A stretch of 64,000 nt of DNA from Burkholderiaceae bacterium (lineage in GTDB: Bacteria; Pseudomonadota; Gammaproteobacteria; Burkholderiales; Burkholderiaceae_C). Numbering within the stretch: position 1 is the first letter of the stretch; every line of letters starts with the position of its first letter. The stretch is taken from positions 9,566-73,565 of the forward strand of contig JAYSGB010000009.1 of NCBI GenBank assembly GCA_041913045.1, in the 5' to 3' direction. Positions 36,884 to 46,802 of this stretch are shown piece after piece. Under the pieces are notes generated by a model that worked only from the letters and a program-made list of their open reading frames with translations, ran no database searches and had not been told where the DNA came from. A program made the position numbers and the translations under genes.

Positions 36884-36997
36884 GTAAGTGCCTCCTTCAG
36901 AACTGATCAGAAATCGAAACGGCGAATGATGTGGCGTGCCCAAGGTTGATCAGCCTTTAGTCCACAGACGGATTGGCTGGCGCGCAGAACGATGGGG

Positions 36998-38020
36998 TCA
37001 GTGCGTGTGCAGTGCACGCTGGCCAGCCACCAGGCGCGCTGCGTATTCGATCGCGTCGACCATGCTCTCGGCGCTGGCCTTGCCGGTGCCAGCTATGTCA
37101 AAGGCAGTGCCGTGGTCAACCGAGGTGCGCAGGATGGGCAGGCCCAGGGTGATGTTGACGCCACTCACAGCCTGCCAGGCGCCGGTGGTCGGGTCAATTG
37201 AGAAGCCCAGCAGCTTGACCGGTATGTGGCCCTGATCGTGGTACATGGCCACCACCGCGTCGAACTGTCCGGCCCGCAGCTTGATGAAGACGGTGTCACC
37301 GGGCAAGGGGCCGCTCACGGCGTGCCCGGCGGTCTGGTATTCCGTAACGATGGGGGCGATCACCTGGCGGTCTTCCTGGCCCAGTATGCCGCCTTCGCCA
37401 GCATGCGGATTGAGGCCGCAGACCGCGATCCGCGGTTGTGTGATGCCCAAGGCATGCAAGGCTTCGAGGGTCACGTCAAGTACCCGGCGCAGGCGCACGG
37501 GGGTGAGGCGGCGCGGCACGTCGCTGAGTGCGCAGTGCGTGCTTACATGGGTGACGCGCATGTTGCCGTGCGCCAGCATCATCACGCCATCGCGCTCGCC
37601 GCTTAAGTGGGCCAACATCTCGGTGTGGCCCTCAAAGGGGTAGCCCGCCAGGTGCAGTGCTTCCTTGCACAGCGGTGCGGTAACGATTGCGTCGGCTTCA
37701 TGGGCCTGACACAGGCGCACCGCGCGTTCTACCGCCCTGTAGGCCCAGTGGCCGCCGGCCTCGCCCACCTCACCCACCACCACTGGATGGGATACCGGGC
37801 CTACGTCTTCGATCTGCACAAGGTTGCACAGTGCTGCGTCCTTGGTCAGACCTAGGTCGCGCATTGCACGCGTATAGGCCTGGGCGCTACCCAGCACGCG
37901 GAGCGAAAGTCGGCCCTTCTGCAGGTCGGGCAGCAGTTGGTGGGCCGCCTTGGCAATGATTTCGGGGCCGATACCGGCAGGGTCGCCCATGGTCAGGGCC
38001 AGTCGAACAGGATTGCTCAT
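36998..38020 (-). CDS. pdxA2: PdxA-family 4-hydroxythreonine-4-phosphate dehydrogenase paralogue (PdxA2-type)
   Basis: It has GDPAGIGPEI, HTEML, SVDHGTAFDIAG and other PdxA motifs. Its start overlaps the DUF1537 gene stop. Confidence 0.85.
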   Translation of the reverse strand: MSNPVRLALTMGDPAGIGPEIIAKAAHQLLPDLQKGRLSLRVLGSAQAYTRAMRDLGLTKDAALCNLVQIEDVGPVSHPVVVGEVGEAGGHWAYRAVERAVRLCQAHEADAIVTAPLCKEALHLAGYPFEGHTEMLAHLSGERDGVMMLAHGNMRVTHVSTHCALSDVPRRLTPVRLRRVLDVTLEALHALGITQPRIAVCGLNPHAGEGGILGQEDRQVIAPIVTEYQTAGHAVSGPLPGDTVFIKLRAGQFDAVVAMYHDQGHIPVKLLGFSIDPTTGAWQAVSGVNITLGLPILRTSVDHGTAFDIAGTGKASAESMVDAIEYAARLVAGQRALHTH

Positions 38021-39087
38021 TCGTGTGTTTCCAGGTCAAGGTGCGGCCACAGGGCCAGTAGGTCATCGGCGGCGCCAAAGGCACCGGAACGGGTCAGGCA
38101 GAGGGTGCCATGCCAGCGGCCATCCAGAAGCTGTGCCTGGCCCCAGCCCGGAAGGGGTGTGGGGCCGGCCTGCAGTGTGGTGGCTCCGGTGCATCGGCAC
38201 AGAGCCAGCAAGGTGTCACCTCCGACCACCGCGAGCACGGGCGGTGCTGGCCGGGTGTCGACCCAACGTTGCAGTGCGGCTCGCAGGGCCTGTGCAGCCG
38301 CAACCGGGGTAAGGGGCTCTGGGGCCATGAAATCTGCCAGAGGGGCATCAGGCCAGGCCGCTCGTAGATTTCGCAGCTGCTGGCGCAGTACTGGGTGCTG
38401 GCTGGCCGTGACTAGCGCGGTGGGGGTGACGGCCAGCGATCCCGACAGGATGGGTGCCGGGTCGGCAATGGCCTGTGCCAACCCGGCACTGCCGCACCAC
38501 AACCAGCCCGCACCCGCTGGGCTGTGGGCCAGTGCGGCCAAGTCTTTCAGATCCTGAGCGTGCAGGGCGTCGGGAAGCCACAACACAGGGTGATCGGGGC
38601 TGCTGTGGTTGACGGGTCGCAATGGGCAAGTCTTCACCTGTACACCGTAGGCGGCAAATGCCAGCACCAGGTCATCGACGACACACTCCTGTGCACTAAT
38701 ATCTGGTTGGCTGGGTGGGCCTACCCAATGTCGGCCCCGGGCAGTGAAACGGCCCTGGGCCGGGAAGGCAGGGGCAAATACCGCACCCTGAAAGCGTCTC
38801 TGGCGCAATAACCAGGCTACCTCGGCCAGGCTGTTGCCGCGCAGCAGGCTGTCGACTTTCTTGTAGGCTCGCTCGCCCTGGCATAGCCAGTCGAGGCTAG
38901 CCGCCAACATCGCCGTGCTGGCCGCGATGGGTAGGTCGCGGCTGCCGGTGCTCACCGCCTGCACTTTCGCGGTGTCGGGGAGGGGGCGGTCGAGGAATAC
39001 CGGCACAGCTTCCTGCGCCGTACACCAAGCAGCCGCCGTGTCGAGAGCACCGGTCAGATCGTCGGCCAGGATACGCCAATGTGTCAT
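38017..39087 (-). CDS. DUF1537-family four-carbon acid sugar kinase (DtnK/OtnK-like)
   Basis: It has an N-terminal ILADDLTGALDTA motif. It pairs with a PdxA2-type gene, as in the published threonate/erythronate pathways. The start is taken at MTHWRIL. Confidence 0.75.
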   Translation of the reverse strand: MTHWRILADDLTGALDTAAAWCTAQEAVPVFLDRPLPDTAKVQAVSTGSRDLPIAASTAMLAASLDWLCQGERAYKKVDSLLRGNSLAEVAWLLRQRRFQGAVFAPAFPAQGRFTARGRHWVGPPSQPDISAQECVVDDLVLAFAAYGVQVKTCPLRPVNHSSPDHPVLWLPDALHAQDLKDLAALAHSPAGAGWLWCGSAGLAQAIADPAPILSGSLAVTPTALVTASQHPVLRQQLRNLRAAWPDAPLADFMAPEPLTPVAAAQALRAALQRWVDTRPAPPVLAVVGGDTLLALCRCTGATTLQAGPTPLPGWGQAQLLDGRWHGTLCLTRSGAFGAADDLLALWPHLDLETHE

Positions 39088-39097
39088 GGGCCAAGCA

Positions 39098-39844
39098 TTA
39101 AATTGTGATGCCGCCGTCGATGGCGTAGGCCTGGCCAGTGACGAAGGCTGATTCGTCACTGGCCAGGAACACCACAAGTGGTGCGATTTCATGCGCCTGG
39201 GCCAGACGCCCCATGGGCTGACGGGCGATGAATGCCTTGCGCGCTTCCACCGGGTCAGCATTGGCATTGATCCGGTCTTGCAGCGAAGGGGTGTCCACCG
39301 TGCCGGGGCAAATAGCGTTACAGCGCACGCCAAGCCCCACGTAGTCGGCGGCTACGCTTTTGGTCAACCCGATGACGGCGGCCTTGGAAGTCCCGTAAAT
39401 GAAGCGGTTGGGTAGGCCCTTGATGCTGCTGCAGACACTGGCCATATTCACAATGCTGGCTCCCCCTTGCGCCTTGGCCCGGGCCAGCAGGCCGGGCAGG
39501 GCGGCCTGAATGGTCCAGAACTGGGCTCGTACATTGAGATTGAAGGCAAAGGACCATTCGTCGTCGGTGGCCTGTTCAATGGTGCCGTTGTGCACAAAGC
39601 CGGCGCAGTTGAACAGGATGTCCAAGGGCGGGAGGGTGGCAAACAGCTGCTGGATGGCGGCTTTATCGAGTACATCCAACACTGCAGTGCGCACCGATGG
39701 TATGCCCTGGTATGCGGCCAGCAAGGTCGGGTTGACATCGGTAGCCCAGACCTCGGCGCCTTGCGCCGCCAGGGCCATGGCAGTGGCTTTGCCGATGCCC
39801 TGACCGGCGGCAGTGACGAGGGCGGTTTTGCCATGCAATCTCAT
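39098..39844 (-). CDS. SDR-family oxidoreductase
   Basis: Has TAAGQGIG, NCAG and Y...K (YGTSKAA) motifs. Confidence 0.85.
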   Translation of the reverse strand: MRLHGKTALVTAAGQGIGKATAMALAAQGAEVWATDVNPTLLAAYQGIPSVRTAVLDVLDKAAIQQLFATLPPLDILFNCAGFVHNGTIEQATDDEWSFAFNLNVRAQFWTIQAALPGLLARAKAQGGASIVNMASVCSSIKGLPNRFIYGTSKAAVIGLTKSVAADYVGLGVRCNAICPGTVDTPSLQDRINANADPVEARKAFIARQPMGRLAQAHEIAPLVVFLASDESAFVTGQAYAIDGGITI

Positions 39845-39972
39845 GAGGTCTCCAGGGTAGGTGGGTCTAGGGTTTTCTCTAATTTGATCGCTCTTGACGT
39901 CAATCATCATATGATGACATGATCGATCTTAATTGGTCTGACCACTTGTCCAATACTGGATTTCCCCTAGGT

Positions 39973-40710
39973 ATGCTCCAAGCCGTTGAACCCCAGCGCC
40001 TGTATCGGCAAATTGCGGACCGCCTGCGTACTGCTATTGCCGCTGGTGAGTTCGGTCCTGGCAGCCGCTTGCCGGCCGAGCGAGACTTGGCGCAGCAGTT
40101 GGGCGTCAGTCGACCGTCTCTGCGTGAAGCCCTTATTGCCCTTGAGGTGGAGGGGCGCATTGAGGTTCGGACTGGCTCAGGCGTGTACGTTCTGGACGCG
40201 CCAGTGGGCCGTCGGCCTCCGGAGGCGCAAGACGCGCAGCTGGTCCCGCAGGGTGATAGTCCGCAGGAATGGGGGCCGCTGGAGGTGTTGCGAGCGCGGC
40301 AGGTGTTCGAGGTGGAAATTGCCGCCATGGCGGCCAGTCATGCTCGCCGCGAAGATCTGCTGGCTATTGCTCGAGCGTTGGAGCAGATGCGACAAGAGGT
40401 GGCGGCAAATCGGGCGCCCCGGCACGGCGACGAAGCCTTTCATCTGGCGGTGGCCAAGGCCTGTGGCAACGATGTGCTGTACGACGCGGTTTGCCGTACC
40501 TGGCAGGCGCGCAGCAGCGCTTTGTTCGAGCGACTCGGTGACTATTTTGAGCATCCCCCGGCCTGGACTCAGGCCATCGACGAGCACGAGCAGGTATACC
40601 AAGCCATCCGCAACCAGGACGCCCGGGGCGCTCGCCGCGCCATGCAGCACCACCTGCGCCAAGCCATGAAACGTTACAGCGCGAGCTGGCGCCGCGCTTC
40701 TTCCCGTTGA
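39973..40710 (+). CDS. GntR/FadR-family transcriptional regulator
   Basis: It has a GntR HTH (LPAERDLAQQLGVSRPSLREALIALE) and an FCD-like C-terminus. The start is uncertain (39919 or 39973). Confidence 0.85.
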   Translation: MLQAVEPQRLYRQIADRLRTAIAAGEFGPGSRLPAERDLAQQLGVSRPSLREALIALEVEGRIEVRTGSGVYVLDAPVGRRPPEAQDAQLVPQGDSPQEWGPLEVLRARQVFEVEIAAMAASHARREDLLAIARALEQMRQEVAANRAPRHGDEAFHLAVAKACGNDVLYDAVCRTWQARSSALFERLGDYFEHPPAWTQAIDEHEQVYQAIRNQDARGARRAMQHHLRQAMKRYSASWRRASSR

Positions 40711-40756
40711 AACGCGTCAGCCGTCCCTTCTTTCCCATCTACACAGGAGACAAGTC

Positions 40757-41743
40757 ATGAAGAAACGTCAATCCCTCAAGCTGCTCGGCGCGGTCGCGGC
40801 ACTGTCCGTTGGCCTGATGGCAGGTACCTCGGTCTTTGCTCAACAAAAACTCAAGTGGGCGCATGCCTACGAGGCATCAGAGCCCTATCACACCGAATCG
40901 GTATGGGCGGCCGAGGAAATCAAGAAGCGTAGCAATGGCAAGTTCGACATCCAGGTTTTCCCGGCCTCTTCGCTGGGTAAGGAGAGCGACATCAACCAGG
41001 GGCTTACCCTCGGCACCGTCGACATGATCATCAGTGGCACATCGTTTGCAGCACGTGCCTACCCACGATTGGGTATTGCCTATTACCCCTTCATCTTCCG
41101 TGACGGCGAACACCTTCTGGCGTATTCTCGCAGTCCCGTGTTCAAGGACATGGTGGACGAATTCCGAAAGCGCACCGGTATCCAGATCACCGCGTACACC
41201 TATTACGGTGCACGTCACGCCACCGCGCAGAAGGTGTTCACCAACTGCGAGGGCATGAAGGGTCTGAAGATCCGAGTGCCAGACGCCCCAGCCTACACTG
41301 CCACCCCGCGAGCCTGTGGCGCAAACCCGACCCCCATCGCCTTCGCCGAGGTCTACCTGGCGCTGCAGAACGGTACCGTGGAAGCGCAAGAGAACCCGCT
41401 CCCCACCATCGAGGCCAAGAAGTTCTATGAAGTGCAGAAGGCCATCATGCTCACCGGTCACATCGTCGATGGCCTCACCACTCAGATTGCGCCACACGTT
41501 TGGAACCGCCTGACCGACGCTGAAAAGAAGATCTTCTCTGAAGTGACACAGGAAGCTGCGGCTCGTGCTTCGGCCAAAGTCAAGGCGCGCGAAGCCGAGC
41601 TGACTGACATCTTCAAGTCCAAGGGCCTGCAGGTGGTCAACGTAGATCGCGAGAGCTTCCGCCAGGCCGTGCTGAAGAACGTGACGCTGGAGTCCATGGG
41701 TTTCACGCGCGCCGACTACGACGCCATCCAGGCGGCCAAGTAA
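40757..41743 (+). CDS. dctP: TRAP transporter substrate-binding protein (DctP type)
   Basis: Has a signal peptide, and its DctP-like length and motifs (QENP) fit the family. Confidence 0.9.
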   Translation: MKKRQSLKLLGAVAALSVGLMAGTSVFAQQKLKWAHAYEASEPYHTESVWAAEEIKKRSNGKFDIQVFPASSLGKESDINQGLTLGTVDMIISGTSFAARAYPRLGIAYYPFIFRDGEHLLAYSRSPVFKDMVDEFRKRTGIQITAYTYYGARHATAQKVFTNCEGMKGLKIRVPDAPAYTATPRACGANPTPIAFAEVYLALQNGTVEAQENPLPTIEAKKFYEVQKAIMLTGHIVDGLTTQIAPHVWNRLTDAEKKIFSEVTQEAAARASAKVKAREAELTDIFKSKGLQVVNVDRESFRQAVLKNVTLESMGFTRADYDAIQAAK

Positions 41744-41863
41744 CGCCATGAGCCGGAATCTGCGCCGCCACTGGTTGGCGGTGCGGATCTCTAGTCCGTT
41801 TTTTCCAACTGCGCCTGATTTCTGCCGTACCCCATCGGGAGTCGGCACTAGGGAGTATTCGCG

Positions 41864-42406
41864 ATGCCCGCTCACCAAGATCAGCAAGCTGCCGCCGGTA
41901 AACCGGTTTTTCACGTGGAAGACGAAAGGGTTGACCTGTCGGGCACACCTCTCGAGGGCTGGCTGGCCTTAGGGTTTTTCCTCCTGTTGGGGGCCACGGT
42001 GTTCTACCAGTTCCTGACCCGCTATGTGCTTAATGACTCGGCCGCGTGGACTGAGGAGATAGCACGCTACCTGCTTATCGCCACGGTGTTTGTCGGCTTG
42101 GGCATTGGCGTTGGAAAGCATTCGCATATCTATGTCGATTTCTTCTATCGCTTCCTGCCCATGCCATTTCCGCGGTGGCTGGCGACGGCGGTGGACGTCA
42201 TCTCACTGGTCTTCTACCTCACCTGCGTCGTGCTAACGGGGCTGATGATGCAGAAGATGGGCAGTTACCAGATGACCATCGTCGACCTGCCGATGAACAT
42301 CCTTTACGGCATATGCCTGCTGGGTTTTGCGTTTGCAGCCTGGCGCGCATTGCGTGTCATGGTAAAGCATTGGCGCGAGCAGTACCGCGGCGTGGACGAT
42401 ATCTAA
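41864..42406 (+). CDS. dctQ: TRAP transporter small permease (DctQ type)
   Basis: A four-TM protein between the DctP and DctM genes. Confidence 0.8.
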   Translation: MPAHQDQQAAAGKPVFHVEDERVDLSGTPLEGWLALGFFLLLGATVFYQFLTRYVLNDSAAWTEEIARYLLIATVFVGLGIGVGKHSHIYVDFFYRFLPMPFPRWLATAVDVISLVFYLTCVVLTGLMMQKMGSYQMTIVDLPMNILYGICLLGFAFAAWRALRVMVKHWREQYRGVDDI

Positions 42407-42470
42407 CGTCAGCACCTGCCTCCGATCTCTTTCGCCTCACGTCCTTTTCTTTTTTTCAGGGCCGCGTGCC

Positions 42471-43862
42471 ATGCTCCAATCCCTCTTCTTGCTGCTGACC
42501 GTAGCGGGTGTGCCGATCGCCATTGCCATGTCGGCTGCCGCCCTGATCTACATCATGGTCAGTGGCAACCTGCCCCCATTTGTGGTCATCCACCGCATGA
42601 TCAGCGGCATTGATAGCTTCCCGTTGCTGGCTGTGCCCTTTTTCATTCTGGCCGGCAACCTGATGAATAACGCCGGTATTACCAACCGCATTTTCGAAAT
42701 TGCAATGGCTCTGGTGGGCTGGTTGCGAGGCGGTTTGGGCCATGTCAACGTGGTGGGGTCCATTATCTTTTCGGGCATGAGCGGCACTGCTATTGCGGAT
42801 GCTGCAGGCCTTGGCACCATTGAGGTCAAGGCCATGAAGCAACATGGGTATTCGGTCGAATTTGCGGTTGGTGTCACATCTGCCTCGGCCATGCTGGGGC
42901 CCATCATCCCGCCTAGCCTGCCCATCGTCATTTACGCGATGCTCGCGAACGTTTCTGTGGGAGGCATGTTCTTGGCGGGAATACTGCCGGGTCTATTGAT
43001 TGCCTTGTTGCTGATGATCATGGTCACTTGGTTCGCGTGGAAAAACGGTTGGGGAGACGACGAAAAATTCGTCGGCAGCCGTTTTGCCAAAGGGTTGCTG
43101 GAGGTGGCGATTGTTATTGGCTGGCCACTGGCGTTGTGGGCGCTTGTCCAGTTTGGTGCGCCGCCCCGTACCACGGTGTTTATTGGTCTGGCGTTGCTGT
43201 TTCTAGCCGATCGGGTGTTTCGCTTCGTCGCTGTGTTGCCCATGATGACCCCGGTATTGCTTATCGGTGGCATGACGGTCGGCTTGTTCACCCCTACCGA
43301 AGGGGCCATTGCTGCCTGTATCTGGGCGGTGGTACTCGGCATGTTTTGGTACCGCACCCTGGATTTCAAGCGGATCATGAAAATCTGTCTTGATACGGTC
43401 GAAACCACTAGCGTAGTGATGTTCATTGTGGCCGCCTCAAGCATCTTTAGTTGGATGCTGACCGCCGAAGGCGTAACCGCCGAAGTGGCCGGCTGGATCC
43501 TGGGTGTGACTGACGAACCTTGGCAGTTTCTGTTGCTCGCCAATTTACTGATGCTCTTCGTCGGTTTGTTCTTGGAGCCCATTGCTGCGATCACGATTTT
43601 GGTTCCGATCCTGTTGCCGGTGGTTACGCAACTCGGCATCGACCCTATGCACTTCGGCTTGATCATGGTGCTGAACCTAATGATCGGCCTTGTCACACCG
43701 CCCGTGGGTTTGGTGTTATTCGTGATGGCTCGCATCAGCCAGATGAGTGTCGAGCGAACCATCGTGGCCATCGCTCCCTGGATGGTTCCACTTTTGGGGG
43801 CCCTTCTCATCATCACCTACGTGCCGCAGGTCACGCTGTGGTTGCCGGGGTTGGTGAAGTGA
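42471..43862 (+). CDS. dctM: TRAP transporter large permease (DctM type)
   Basis: A 463-aa polytopic protein with FILAGNLMN and other DctM-like motifs. Confidence 0.9.
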   Translation: MLQSLFLLLTVAGVPIAIAMSAAALIYIMVSGNLPPFVVIHRMISGIDSFPLLAVPFFILAGNLMNNAGITNRIFEIAMALVGWLRGGLGHVNVVGSIIFSGMSGTAIADAAGLGTIEVKAMKQHGYSVEFAVGVTSASAMLGPIIPPSLPIVIYAMLANVSVGGMFLAGILPGLLIALLLMIMVTWFAWKNGWGDDEKFVGSRFAKGLLEVAIVIGWPLALWALVQFGAPPRTTVFIGLALLFLADRVFRFVAVLPMMTPVLLIGGMTVGLFTPTEGAIAACIWAVVLGMFWYRTLDFKRIMKICLDTVETTSVVMFIVAASSIFSWMLTAEGVTAEVAGWILGVTDEPWQFLLLANLLMLFVGLFLEPIAAITILVPILLPVVTQLGIDPMHFGLIMVLNLMIGLVTPPVGLVLFVMARISQMSVERTIVAIAPWMVPLLGALLIITYVPQVTLWLPGLVK

Positions 43863-43996
43863 CGCTGAAGTCTCAGCCAAGAGCCCAACAGGTGGCCTTA
43901 GTTACCGGGGCCAACTCTGGAATCGGTTTGGCGACAACAGCCACCTTTATCACTGCGGTCTACTGGGTCGGTGCTATCGCTTTGAGCTCGGTCTGA
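43859..43996 (+). pseudogene. N-terminal fragment of an SDR gene (remnant)
   Basis: The 45-aa ORF contains the SDR cofactor motif VALVTGANSGIGLAT and then terminates. The remaining ~170 bp before the next gene has no intact ORF. Confidence 0.35.
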
Positions 43997-44170
43997 TGTC
44001 TTGTAGCGACGTGCCATGCGATGACCTCGACATTGATAAGGCGAGGGTCGCCCGTTGCCCCTACCAGCTTGCCTACCTGCCGGTCAACTGCCTCAAGCAC
44101 GACAGCACGCTCTGGAACTGGTGAGCCCCAATAAGAGACCCGATCCTCCTCCACCCAACCAAACCCTATC

Positions 44171-45697
44171 ATGAACCCGACCCTGCGCCTGCACCCCAAC
44201 GACGATGTCCTCATTGCCCGCAGTCAACTGGTCAGCGGCACCGCAGTTGACGGCGTCACCGTGCGCGGCTTGGTGCCGCCCGGGCACAAAGTGGCGGCGC
44301 GTGACCTGACCGTCGGGGCCCCCGTACGCCGCTACAACCAGATTATTGGCTTTGCCAGCCGCCCCATTGCTGCAGGCGAGCATGTGCATGTGCACAACCT
44401 CGACATGGGGCCGGACAAAGGCGACTTTGCGCGCGAATACGCTTTTGGCGCCGACCTGAAGCCGGTCGTCGCAGCGCAACAGGCCAGTTTCATGGGCATT
44501 CGCCGCGCGAATGGCCGAGTGGCCACGCGCAACTACATCGGTGTACTCACTAGCGTCAACTGTTCGGCCACGGCGGCCCGGGCCATTGCCGACCATTTCT
44601 CGCGTCGCACAAACCCGGCAGCCCTGGCCGACTACCCCAACGTGGATGGTGTGGTGGCGCTGACCCATGGCACTGGTTGCGGTATGGCCAGCGACGGCCT
44701 GGGCATGGACGTGTTACGGCGCACCCTGACCGGCTACGCTACCCACCCCAACTTTGCCGGTGTGTTGGTGGTAGGCCTGGGCTGCGAAGGCAACCAGATC
44801 GGTGCCTGGCAGGCCGCCAGCGGCTTGGCCGATAGCGGTCAGCTGCACAGCTTCAATATCCAGGACACCGGCGGCACCCAGCAGACGGTGGCCAAGGGCA
44901 TTGCTCTCATCCAGGCCATGCTGCCTCAGGCCAACGACGTGGTGCGCACCCCCTGCGGCGCCGAGCACATAGTCATCGGCCTGCAGTGCGGCGGCTCCGA
45001 CGGGTACTCGGGTATCAGCGCCAACCCAGCCCTGGGGGCGGCGGTCGACCTGCTGGTGGCTCACGGTGGCACCGCCATCCTCAGCGAAACACCCGAGGTC
45101 TATGGCGCCGAGCACCTGCTCACGCGCCGCGCGGTGTCACGCGCGGTGGGAGAGAAGCTGATTGAGCGCATCCACTGGTGGGAAGACTACACCCAGCGCA
45201 ACGGTGGCGAGATGAACAACAACCCCTCGCCCGGCAACAAGGCCGGTGGCTTGACCACTATCCTGGAAAAGTCGCTGGGTGCCGTTGCCAAGGGCGGCAC
45301 CACCAACCTGTGCGCGGTGTACGAGTACGCCGAACCGGTGCGCGAGCGCGGTTTCGTCTTCATGGACACCCCCGGTTACGACCCGGTGAGCGTCACCGGC
45401 CAGGTGGCCGGTGGTGCCAATGTGGTCTGCTTCACCACCGGCCGCGGGTCTGCCTATGGTTGCGCGCCGTCGCCATCGCTCAAGTTGGCCACCAACAGTG
45501 CGCTGTGGCAGCGCCAGTCCGACGACATTGACATCAACTGCGGCGAGATCGTCGACGGGAGTAGCACGGTGCAGGCCATGGGCCAGCGCATCTTCGAGCG
45601 CGTGCTGCAGGTGGCCTCGGGCGAACGCACCCGCAGTGAACAACATGGCTACGGCCAGAACGAATTCGTGCCCTGGCAGTTGGGCGCAGTGATGTGA
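44171..45697 (+). CDS. UxaA-family sugar-acid dehydratase (altronate/galactarate dehydratase-like)
   Basis: It has an N-terminal SAF-like domain (LHPNDDVLIA..L..G...DGVTVRGLVPPGHKVA). The C-terminal UxaA domain is large (508 aa total). Confidence 0.8.
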   Translation: MNPTLRLHPNDDVLIARSQLVSGTAVDGVTVRGLVPPGHKVAARDLTVGAPVRRYNQIIGFASRPIAAGEHVHVHNLDMGPDKGDFAREYAFGADLKPVVAAQQASFMGIRRANGRVATRNYIGVLTSVNCSATAARAIADHFSRRTNPAALADYPNVDGVVALTHGTGCGMASDGLGMDVLRRTLTGYATHPNFAGVLVVGLGCEGNQIGAWQAASGLADSGQLHSFNIQDTGGTQQTVAKGIALIQAMLPQANDVVRTPCGAEHIVIGLQCGGSDGYSGISANPALGAAVDLLVAHGGTAILSETPEVYGAEHLLTRRAVSRAVGEKLIERIHWWEDYTQRNGGEMNNNPSPGNKAGGLTTILEKSLGAVAKGGTTNLCAVYEYAEPVRERGFVFMDTPGYDPVSVTGQVAGGANVVCFTTGRGSAYGCAPSPSLKLATNSALWQRQSDDIDINCGEIVDGSSTVQAMGQRIFERVLQVASGERTRSEQHGYGQNEFVPWQLGAVM

Positions 45698-45707
45698 GAA
45701 ATCCCCC

Positions 45708-46799
45708 ATGAACCCATCCGATATCCTGCTCTCACCCGCCGCCTTGCGGGCAACCACCGAACGCATCGTTCAGGCCGCCGGCAGTACGGCCGAGGAAGCC
45801 CGCACGGTGGCGCATAACCTGGTCCTGGCCAACCTCAGCGGCCACGATTCGCACGGCGTTGGCATGCTACCGCGCTACGTGGACGCGGTGCTGGAGGGGG
45901 ACTTGCAGCCCAACGCCCAGGTGTCGGTGCAGCTCGACACGGGCAGCCTTTTGGTGCTCGACGGCCAGCAAGGCTACGGCCAGTCGGTAGGCGAGCAGGC
46001 GATGCAACTGGGCATTGAGCGTGCCCGCGCCCACGGCAGCTGCATCATGACACTGGCGCATGCACACCACCTGGGGCGCATCGGGCATTGGGCGGAAATG
46101 GCGGTTGACGCGGGCCTGGTGTCGCTGCATTTCGTCAACGTGATAGCCCAGCCGGCGGTGGCCCCCTGGGGTGGCGCCGATGGCCGATTTGGCACCAACC
46201 CGTGCTGCATCGGCATTCCTGTGGCTGGGAACGATCCTTTCGTGCTCGACTTTGCCACCAGCCGCGTGGCTCAGGGCAAGATGCGCGTGGCCTACAACGA
46301 AGGACGCCGCGTAGGCGAAGGCTACCTGATCGATCCCGACGGCCGCCCGACCACCGACCCCGGCGTGGTGGTAGTACCACAGGCACCGGGGGCGCGCGGC
46401 AACCTGTTTGGTGCCCTGCTCACCTTTGGTGAACACAAGGGCTATGGCATGGCCGCAGCTTGCGAGCTGTTGGGTGGAGCACTCACCGGTGGCGGCACCT
46501 GGCATGGTGCGCACGATGGCCGCCGTGCGGTCTACAACGGCATGCTTACCATCCTCATCGACCCCGAGCGCCTAGGTACCCGCGCCGTGTTTGAACGTGA
46601 AACCGTGGCGTTTGTCGAATGGCTGCAGCAGGCCCCGGCCGCGCCCGGCACCGACGCTGTACAGCTGGCCGGCGAGCCGGAACGGCACCAGCGTAAGTTG
46701 CGTGAACAGCACGGCATTCGGGTAGATGCCGGCACCTGGGCCGAAATAGGCCAGGCCGCCACCAAGGTGGGCCTTGAACTGTCTGCTTCCTTTGTTTGA
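45708..46799 (+). CDS. Ldh_2-family (malate/L-lactate/sulfolactate-type) dehydrogenase
   Basis: The GHDSHGV, GEHKGYG and other motifs are typical of Ldh_2. Confidence 0.8.
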   Translation: MNPSDILLSPAALRATTERIVQAAGSTAEEARTVAHNLVLANLSGHDSHGVGMLPRYVDAVLEGDLQPNAQVSVQLDTGSLLVLDGQQGYGQSVGEQAMQLGIERARAHGSCIMTLAHAHHLGRIGHWAEMAVDAGLVSLHFVNVIAQPAVAPWGGADGRFGTNPCCIGIPVAGNDPFVLDFATSRVAQGKMRVAYNEGRRVGEGYLIDPDGRPTTDPGVVVVPQAPGARGNLFGALLTFGEHKGYGMAAACELLGGALTGGGTWHGAHDGRRAVYNGMLTILIDPERLGTRAVFERETVAFVEWLQQAPAAPGTDAVQLAGEPERHQRKLREQHGIRVDAGTWAEIGQAATKVGLELSASFV

Positions 46800-46802
46800 A
46801 CG

